The notes beneath the pieces are model-generated. The model was given only the letters and a program-made list of their open reading frames with translations, was not told the origin of the DNA and did not search any database. Both the position numbers and the translations under genes were made by a program. DNA of 64,000 nt from a virus. Of this stretch, positions 28,735 through 35,704 are shown piece by piece; within the stretch, counting starts at the first letter, position 1; each line of letters opens with the position of its first letter. Location of the stretch: positions 1-64,000 of IMG/VR virus record IMGVR_UViG_3300017598_000768. One strand, written 5' to 3'.

Positions 28735-29672
28735 ACCTCGCCTTCCTCCACAATGAATCTTTCGTCATCATCAGGTTTCTCTGAGCCCCCATCCATCATG
28801 TCGCATACCAGCCAGTCCATTATCTGCCTGCGGTATCCATAAAACTGTGTGAAGTTGACCGACCTTGACAGGCGAACCTTCTTCCCGTCTTCATTCGTCA
28901 TGTCCGTCCTGAACTCCGCCCACCTTCTACACACAGTTTCGAGCAGCTCTACCGGCTCCAGTTCTGCCAGCTCCATTTCCTTCAACCAGTTTCTGGCTTG
29001 ACCCAGCAGCTTCTTCGTCCAAGAATCATTATAAGGGCAGCCTTCCAATTCACAAAACTCTCTCATGATACTGCCAATCCATGACGGCTTCAGCTTGCTG
29101 CTTTTTCTCCTTTCGATTATCTTCTTTCTTGTTGCGATTCCTCTGGCACGTGCTTTTTCACCAAGGGCACGCATCGTATTCTCCTGCCCGGTCGTTTCTT
29201 TCATTGGTTTGACTCCACCATCGTTCATGTGTTTTGACAACCTATCACGCAGATCACTTAACACTTGTAGCCCATACCTTTCTGACTCGTCACCGTAGAA
29301 TACCTCCGTCTTCTCAATGACAAAACTAATAACACCAATCACGTTTGGAGTTATCAATGTCTGATGTCGCACTCCTTTCATTTTATTTCTGAAAGTGAAA
29401 ATACCCCTTTTCGACAAATCAGTTTTCGCTCTCGACACTGCGTCTTCTGAAACACCAACGCTATCACAACAGCCGAAACGCCACCACTTGTCTCCATCGA
29501 AAAAACACCGCGTATACATCAACTTCTTGAATCGCCCTTCTCCAACAGTTCGATCCCACAAAAAATTAAAAAGGAGTTTCTGAACTCCTTCCTTAATTAA
29601 AAAATGCTCGACAGTGCGACCACAATTAAAAATAACCCGCCTGTCCTCAAGTAGTGGGAAAACTTTCTTCAT
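28731..29672 (-). CDS. putative replication initiator (wHTH)
   Basis: VGVSEDAVSRAKTDLSKRGIF HTH; first gene after the AT-rich origin-like region. Confidence 0.5.
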   Translation of the reverse strand: MKKVFPLLEDRRVIFNCGRTVEHFLIKEGVQKLLFNFLWDRTVGEGRFKKLMYTRCFFDGDKWWRFGCCDSVGVSEDAVSRAKTDLSKRGIFTFRNKMKGVRHQTLITPNVIGVISFVIEKTEVFYGDESERYGLQVLSDLRDRLSKHMNDGGVKPMKETTGQENTMRALGEKARARGIATRKKIIERRKSSKLKPSWIGSIMREFCELEGCPYNDSWTKKLLGQARNWLKEMELAELEPVELLETVCRRWAEFRTDMTNEDGKKVRLSRSVNFTQFYGYRRQIMDWLVCDMMDGGSEKPDDDERFIVEEGEV

Positions 29673-29689
29673 AAGCCGACCTCCGAAAA

Positions 29690-30060
29690 AAATTACATCG
29701 TTAAATAATGAATATCACACATACCGCACTTTGTCAAGGGATTTATTTCACATGCCAAAAAAACCGACAGCGGCACAGCGGCGCGAAATGTCCCAAATTC
29801 TTTTTCTCTTTAACAGCTGAAAATCTTTGTGTAAAATCACTTTGGAAAAACTGAGAAAAAATCTTTGTGAAAAGATGCGGGATGCGCGAAGCGCTATCTC
29901 TAAAATCTTTTTAATCTTTTCTTTTTACTTTAGTAAAAAGGAAAGATCGTAAATACTTTAGTATTTACTATGGGAGAAGTAGGCGTAGGACCCACTTTTT
30001 ACCCGACCCACGTGTGGTGGTTGCAATCACTCGTTGCAATCACACTTTTGGCTAATATTC
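29690..30060. other. putative replication origin / control region
   Basis: Non-coding, AT-rich; AAATCTTT repeats; two tandem inverted repeats with core TACTTTAGTA. Confidence 0.45.
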
Positions 30061-30098
30061 TCCAACAAAAAAATTTGCAAGCGATTGCAAAAAAAGAC

Positions 30099-30127
30099 TT
30101 GACAAGTGTGATTCGGTGTGCTATTAT
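30099..30127 (+). promoter_or_regulatory. sigma70-type promoter on the plus (non-coding) strand
   Basis: TTGACA-17 nt-TATTAT with extended -10 TG and an A-tract UP element. Confidence 0.7.
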
Positions 30128-30133
30128 ACAGAA

Positions 30134-30216
30134 AATGGCGGTAGTAATCCTCGTACTTGCCGCCCCGCCGACCTGAAGCTCACTGTCACCTGTCAGATAG
30201 TGGGCTTCACTTTTTT
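30134..30216 (+). ncRNA. putative ~83-nt small RNA (two hairpins, intrinsic terminator)
   Basis: Promoter, then GGCGGTAGTA/TACTTGCCGCC hairpin, then 14-bp TGAAGCTCACTGTC/GATAGTGGGCTTCA hairpin and CTTTTTT; G-U pairs valid only on plus. Confidence 0.55.
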
Positions 30217-30509
30217 GGAACAAACATTTTCTCCACAGTACTTTCAGACGACACCAGCATCTTATCCAGCAGATCTATCTCTGCTTGGATCGCATCTTTT
30301 CTTTCCGTAAAAACATACTCTGTTCTCTGCTCTGTTCCGTCTGGTTTTACCACCCAGATACGCCATTTTTGATCGACTTCATCCCAACGAATATTAGATG
30401 CTCGTCTGATTTGCAGCTGACCAAAATCTCGGAGCATTGATTCGTCATCATACATGAAAAAGATCTCTCCTTCTTTCGAAATCCTAATCGTAATTTCTTT
30501 TCCTGCCAT
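30207..30509 (-). CDS. small protein of the Ycf46/DUF1257/DUF2997 module
   Basis: I.I..EGEI.FMYDD...FGQLQIRRASNI; start after AGGAGG. Confidence 0.65.
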   Translation of the reverse strand: MAGKEITIRISKEGEIFFMYDDESMLRDFGQLQIRRASNIRWDEVDQKWRIWVVKPDGTEQRTEYVFTERKDAIQAEIDLLDKMLVSSESTVEKMFVPKK

Positions 30510-30566
30510 GTCCCCCTCCTGAAACAGCAGCAGCTCCACAGGTAATCCCATGGAGCTGCGCGTATT

Positions 30567-30758
30567 TTATGCTCCGACTTTCACTCCGCTACCGCCTGAC
30601 TGGTGGTACTCGGGCTTCTTTTTAACCTCCGTGTTACCAAGTTTCTTCATGATATCACCCATGAAGTCTAAACAGCCAGTGCCTTCAAACTTCTGAGCGT
30701 CAATCTCCACCTCGGAACCATCGGCACTTATTTTAATCTCGTACTCTCCTTGTGGCAT
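30567..30758 (-). CDS. DUF2997 family protein
   Basis: IKISADG..EIDAQKFEGTGC...LG....KKPEY. Confidence 0.8.
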   Translation of the reverse strand: MPQGEYEIKISADGSEVEIDAQKFEGTGCLDFMGDIMKKLGNTEVKKKPEYHQSGGSGVKVGA

Positions 30759-30773
30759 TACGTCACCTCCCCA

Positions 30774-31172
30774 TTATGCGGCCCTGACTTTTAAAACAAG
30801 CGACCCGTCAGGATTCTCTGTGCGGTTTTTAATCCTACCACCTTTTCTTCGCACACCTTTTTCAATGAAACTCTGCGAGTAACCTCTTGTCAGTTTGCCG
30901 CCGTTCCTGCCAAGACGACCCGTCAATGAACTGTACCTCGGATCGTTGTCAATAATCAATCGAAAACCACCGCCGTCCTTGACCAAAAATGCCTCTCGAC
31001 GGCTTCCACGACCACCACCAACCTGATCACGCAGGGTTGCTTGAACTTCGTATCCCCTCATTTTAAAATTGGCGTCTGTGTTTTCGATATACTCAACACT
31101 TTGCTGATCACATGATCTCTTGAAACATTCAAGATCGCTTATAACCACACCACATTTTGCCCAGAAACTCAA
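30774..31172 (-). CDS. DUF1257 (Ycf35-like) protein
   Basis: MS(F)W....VISDLECF, F.LI.D, KL..GY......R.KG.......PDGSLVL.V; adjacent to DUF2997. Confidence 0.7.
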   Translation of the reverse strand: MSFWAKCGVVISDLECFKRSCDQQSVEYIENTDANFKMRGYEVQATLRDQVGGGRGSRREAFLVKDGGGFRLIIDNDPRYSSLTGRLGRNGGKLTRGYSQSFIEKGVRRKGGRIKNRTENPDGSLVLKVRAA

Positions 31173-31224
31173 AAGACACCTTCCTTTCTTCTAAATGTTT
31201 TTGTGAATAATAAATACATACCCC

Positions 31225-31734
31225 CTACTTCTTGCCACCTCCCTTCCCAATTCGTATCGCTCTGATTCCTTTTCGCAACACTGTCTTGTCAATCGTTATC
31301 ATCTTCCTCAACGTATCTACCGGGAGCATCCCTTGTCTGGATACAAAACGTGCAGACTCTGAACCTTCACCAAGCAGCTTAATCGCCGCCTTGTTCGATA
31401 TGAAGCTCCCCTGAGCCTGAAAAAAATATCCGGTCTTGTCAACGCTGAACGGCTTCAAAGTCACAAGCGGAAATGCATTGCCCATGCGTATATAAAAGGA
31501 ATAGTATCGCTTTCGAATGCCAAATCCCTGCTCCGACACAAAAACTTTCACTATCGGATACACACACTGCCAGTAGTCCTCATCTTTTTCATGCACTTGA
31601 ACCACCAACGAGTTCTCCTTCATCTGGTAGAACGGAACCTCGTTCCCATTGACCAGAAAAAACAGCATGAACTTCTCCAGCCTGTGTTGCTGGCTTTTTA
31701 CTGCCCCGCCTCGCCATTTGAATTTACACACCAT
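31225..31734 (-). CDS. hypothetical protein
   Basis: First ORF after the promoter; ends IRAIRIGKGGGKK. Confidence 0.7.
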   Translation of the reverse strand: MVCKFKWRGGAVKSQQHRLEKFMLFFLVNGNEVPFYQMKENSLVVQVHEKDEDYWQCVYPIVKVFVSEQGFGIRKRYYSFYIRMGNAFPLVTLKPFSVDKTGYFFQAQGSFISNKAAIKLLGEGSESARFVSRQGMLPVDTLRKMITIDKTVLRKGIRAIRIGKGGGKK

Positions 31735-31752
31735 ATCATCATCCTCGCCTCT

Positions 31753-31805
31753 GTTAGTGTTATTTCCATTGTTTAGATAATAACACTAACTAACTGGAAT
31801 GTCAA
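31753..31805 (-). promoter_or_regulatory. sigma70-type promoter overlapped by a 12-bp inverted repeat
   Basis: TTGACA(31805-31800)-17 nt-TATTAT; GTTAGTGTTATT(31753-64)/AATAACACTAAC(31779-90). Confidence 0.7.
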
Positions 31806-31839
31806 GTGTTTTTCGAGTTATTTGCAATCGCTTGCAAAC

Positions 31840-32199
31840 TTAGCGGCCTGTCTCTACGGCATCTTCCGGCTTCTTTCGACCCTTCACTTTGTGCAACTCG
31901 TCTTCTCCGAAGTCCTCGTCAAATCTTCGGTCCAGCATCCCATCGCTTCCACCTTTTAAGCGCTCTGGGATTTCAATATCTTCAACGTCTGGGTAATCCG
32001 TTGCTGAAGCACTCTGGGTCTCTTTTCCTTTGTGGCTCGTTACTGGCATCTTCTCCTCCTTATTTTTTCTATCATAAATGTTGTGGCATATCGCAGCTGC
32101 TTGGATTGGATCATTGGCTGTTCCTTCCTCAATCACATACGGTATGCATCTGTCAACAAAATCTTTCCTTGATTCACCTTCTTGCGGTACTGGCATCAC
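31840..32199 (-). CDS. head-associated hypothetical protein
   Basis: MPVPQEGESRKDFVDRCI...QAAAIC motif, recurrent in phage head modules. Confidence 0.6.
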   Translation of the reverse strand: MMPVPQEGESRKDFVDRCIPYVIEEGTANDPIQAAAICHNIYDRKNKEEKMPVTSHKGKETQSASATDYPDVEDIEIPERLKGGSDGMLDRRFDEDFGEDELHKVKGRKKPEDAVETGR

Positions 32200-32204
32200 G
32201 CCTC

Positions 32205-32444
32205 CTACGCATCATATCCAAACTTCCACAACTCCATCACTAAAACACTGAAATGCTTTTTCGTTCCGGCCTTGTAAGTCACCTTCATTGTGCCTCGAAC
32301 ATTCCCATAGTTTTCGGCAGTTCTTGTTGTGTAATCAGATATCAACAGCTTCCTCAGCTTTTTGTCCTTGGTCTTTACAACTGGACCCTCCCCAGCGACC
32401 CAGCTGAACTCCCCAACCTTCTTGCCTTTTTTATAAATATTCAT
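32205..32444 (-). CDS. small hypothetical protein (candidate MuF-effector immunity)
   Basis: 79 aa, overlaps the MuF stop. Confidence 0.55.
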   Translation of the reverse strand: MNIYKKGKKVGEFSWVAGEGPVVKTKDKKLRKLLISDYTTRTAENYGNVRGTMKVTYKAGTKKHFSVLVMELWKFGYDA

Positions 32445-34041
32445 GGCCTTCGAAAATCTTCTCCTTCATGAATCCATATATCGTCGGATTCTTCTTCTGT
32501 AGTCTGGCACCATCCGTAATATACACCGAGAATGTTTCTGCAAAATGCTCGTTATTATCAACTCCTGCATAAACAGATATTCTCTTCGACTTCGGCGTCT
32601 TACTGCTTAGCGCATTCCACTCAGTCTTCCAGTATCCATTGTTTGCCGCATACGTTTCATGTCCTATTTCATGCAGACCCACCTGCCTCATCGTCTTTAC
32701 GCCACTTTCTCTGATAAAAACTGCATTCGATCCCGCCGCGTGGGAGCCCATTACATCCATGCTCAGCTGCTTCATGCCCGGAAGATACTTGCTGTCTACC
32801 ATTCCAGACGCTGCTTTTCGAAATCTTTCTTCCCTTGCTACTGCAACAACCTTAAACTTTGTTCCTGCTTTCTCCAGACCCTCAAAGTGCGTTCGCATAT
32901 TTGGAGGCATATCATTCCACATCGACGTCGACAACGCTCTCCACTTCTCCTTGTTGGCTCCTCTAAATACTGGACTGAACGCAGTGGCCTTGTAGTCTTT
33001 CGCCTGTGGCAACGGAGCGGGACCCTTTGGTAGCGGAACGGCAACTTCACCCCACAGGTACACAATATCACATCTGCATTTATTATGAAATGGGGGCAAA
33101 AAGCCAAGCGCTCGAACCTGCGACGGCGACTTGTTGTCTATGTCTGGCAATCGCGGAAACGGAGCTGCTGCCACTAAACCATCGGCATCAACTGGCGCTT
33201 CCAACAGCTGCATCATATTCGCGTGCGCTGGAGCGACATCAACATACTTACCGTCAAAGCTTTCACAGACGGGGCACGTTACTTCATCTCGGTGGGCAAC
33301 AATCTGACAGGCGGTGACTCGGTTCTGCTTCGCCATCTCCAGCCCAGTAAACGTCCATGCCCTCCCAATTTGGACATCTGCTACCCCGTCAATATACTTC
33401 CCAGGCATCTTCGTGAACGTCTCGATCCGATTCTTCAGATTCGCCTTATCTATCAGCCTCTGACCCGGACTTAATTCAGCCAGCTTCACCAGCCGACGCG
33501 CTTCCGGGTGTAGAACCCTTTTTGGGAATTGAGTCGTGAATGCCTCTACGTGATCTCCAAGCGCCTCAGTCATCCACAACTGAAACGCCGCCTCTTGCTT
33601 CTGAACCTTCTTTGTTGTCTTCTTTGACTGCTTAATGTAATGCTCTTCCGCTCTTTCAGATGCGACTGCAAGCGCTTGCAACACCTTCTCTTTCGACGCC
33701 TTCCATACATTCTTCATCTTACTGGCTGTCACTCTCACAATCGCCTTCCTCGCCTTCTTTCCATCAACCGAAATATCACCTGACGTGTCAAAGGCGGCGA
33801 CGAAGTCCTTCATTGCGGCACTGTTCTCTTTTCGGAAAGCTCTGATAAGCGCCTGCGACGCCATCTCTACCTCTGGACCCCACATCTGCGTCCTCTTGTC
33901 TGCTTTGGTGAGCCTCTCCAATGCCTCCGATAGCGGTGCCATCTTCACATAGCCCATCATCACCATGAACGCAAGGTCGAACGAGTCAAGTTCAGTAAGC
34001 GCGTCCTCTTCAGGAACCCTACATGATAAGTGACTTATCAT
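32431..34041 (-). CDS. MuF/SPP1 gp7-like minor head protein with C-terminal zincin metallopeptidase domain
   Basis: D..TCPVC...DGK, PPFH.KCRC; then HEIGHE...ISVYA...EHFAETF. Confidence 0.8.
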   Translation of the reverse strand: MISHLSCRVPEEDALTELDSFDLAFMVMMGYVKMAPLSEALERLTKADKRTQMWGPEVEMASQALIRAFRKENSAAMKDFVAAFDTSGDISVDGKKARKAIVRVTASKMKNVWKASKEKVLQALAVASERAEEHYIKQSKKTTKKVQKQEAAFQLWMTEALGDHVEAFTTQFPKRVLHPEARRLVKLAELSPGQRLIDKANLKNRIETFTKMPGKYIDGVADVQIGRAWTFTGLEMAKQNRVTACQIVAHRDEVTCPVCESFDGKYVDVAPAHANMMQLLEAPVDADGLVAAAPFPRLPDIDNKSPSQVRALGFLPPFHNKCRCDIVYLWGEVAVPLPKGPAPLPQAKDYKATAFSPVFRGANKEKWRALSTSMWNDMPPNMRTHFEGLEKAGTKFKVVAVAREERFRKAASGMVDSKYLPGMKQLSMDVMGSHAAGSNAVFIRESGVKTMRQVGLHEIGHETYAANNGYWKTEWNALSSKTPKSKRISVYAGVDNNEHFAETFSVYITDGARLQKKNPTIYGFMKEKIFEGHEYL

Positions 34042-35695
34042 TTTCAGTCACCCTTTCGACAAGGTCTTGTACCATGACCAACGTCTTGTACAGCTGCTTT
34101 TCATCAGCTGAAAACATGTCGGTCTTCAGCATCTTCGTCGTGGCAGCAGGCAGCAACTTCGGCTGCACCGGCTTCGGCGTCACCACCTTCGGCGCACTGG
34201 CAAAATCTTCGACACCTTTCAGCTGCATCTCGCCTTCAAGCAGCTTCATCACAATCGCGAGCGGGAAGTTTGCCCATGGGAAGTCGTACTTCGACATCTC
34301 CAAAGCAAACGCCTGGTTCGCCAGGTCGATCGCCTGGTTAACCGATAGCGCTCCAGCAGCTGAGAACGTAGCAACACCCTTTGCAATCTCCTCGGACCCA
34401 ACAATCTGCGGGCCTTTCGACTTGTAAGACCACAGTTTGAGTCCAAGCTCTTTTCTTATAATACGAGCATTTACCGGCTCATCAAAATCCTTACGCTCCG
34501 GCACGAATATCTGCTCCTCAGCAACATTCTGTGACGCTTTCGCCGTGGCGTGTGTATACGTAGCAGCTGACCCAACATACATTGGCGGAAGCCTAAATCG
34601 ATACCGCGTGTTGTCATGTGTGGCTGTCAGATACTTCTGGAACATCAAGTCTTCTTTCCGGTAATCAGACAGATTCTTCAGATCTATCTTCGCAGTCCCC
34701 TTGTCTTCCAGACCAACAGCTTCCACAGTGGATTCAAGAATCATCGTCCTGTTCCACTTCTCTGCTCCTCTGGCGCTTCGGATCAAATCCTCCAACTCCT
34801 CAATTGACTCTTCAGTCAGCGTGCCTCCGGAGACAAGAATCGCCATTGGCGGAATGCCCTGCGATTCGAACAGGTCCCAGTTGACAAACGAGGCTTGCCT
34901 TCTTCCCATAACATCCAGCACCGCACCTATCCATCTTGGCATCCCATACGCTAAACCGGCAAAATGATGCTTGAAATGCATGAACTCAGACGCCACAACT
35001 TTGCAAGCGCCTGCAGTGGATTTGAATTCTCCGGTCGTGGCATCGAGAAATCTCGGATCTCCATAGCTTTTGAACCAACAAAGATTCATTCCACTTACCG
35101 CACTGATCTGCGCCCACCTTCGGAATCTCTTTTTGATCTTGATCGGTACAATCCGTCCATCCCTCGGGATATTCTCCGTAACTGATATCAGCCTACCCTC
35201 ACTTTTCGACATACGCATGTAACGCATTGGCAAGTGATACAACAGCTGCGCAGCCCCGATCCTGTTTCGAACAACCTCAAAACCTCCGTTCCCGAACAGT
35301 TCATAATCTTCACGCATTTTCTTTCGGATCGTCATGAAGCTCTCATCCTCATTTGCGTGATCAAAAAAGTTTTTAGCTTTGATTTCCTCCTTTACCGCAT
35401 CGGGTGCTGCTCTGGCTTTGATATCGTCTCCAAGGAAAATGAGCTGATACCCAAAACCATCAACGTTCATCGTCATTGCCTCGATGCATTCCTGTAGTAC
35501 ATCACTCTCTTCATAGATTGTGAACAGCCTCTCATAATTATAAGGTGGAACCAAAAGAGCATTCTCCCCATACAAATCGACGAACGGATCTTGCGTTTGC
35601 TGCCGCGAATACAGATCCATCGAATCATCTGCCTTCGACACTAACACTTTCACTCGCCTTCTTCGGCGTGGTTTTTCCTTCTTTTTTTCAGCCAT
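34019..35695 (-). CDS. portal protein (PBSX-like)
   Basis: DYELFGNGGFEVVRN, LYHLP, YGMPRW, F..QGIP, FRLPP..VG, Y.HATA. Confidence 0.88.
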   Translation of the reverse strand: MAEKKKEKPRRRRRVKVLVSKADDSMDLYSRQQTQDPFVDLYGENALLVPPYNYERLFTIYEESDVLQECIEAMTMNVDGFGYQLIFLGDDIKARAAPDAVKEEIKAKNFFDHANEDESFMTIRKKMREDYELFGNGGFEVVRNRIGAAQLLYHLPMRYMRMSKSEGRLISVTENIPRDGRIVPIKIKKRFRRWAQISAVSGMNLCWFKSYGDPRFLDATTGEFKSTAGACKVVASEFMHFKHHFAGLAYGMPRWIGAVLDVMGRRQASFVNWDLFESQGIPPMAILVSGGTLTEESIEELEDLIRSARGAEKWNRTMILESTVEAVGLEDKGTAKIDLKNLSDYRKEDLMFQKYLTATHDNTRYRFRLPPMYVGSAATYTHATAKASQNVAEEQIFVPERKDFDEPVNARIIRKELGLKLWSYKSKGPQIVGSEEIAKGVATFSAAGALSVNQAIDLANQAFALEMSKYDFPWANFPLAIVMKLLEGEMQLKGVEDFASAPKVVTPKPVQPKLLPAATTKMLKTDMFSADEKQLYKTLVMVQDLVERVTENDKSLIM

Positions 35696-35704
35696 GGTTA
35701 TCTC

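Noticed and set aside
29709-29737. Minus-strand promoter for the initiator-like gene
   Set aside because: TTGACA is present but there is no good -10 at 16-18 nt spacing; plausible but unsupported
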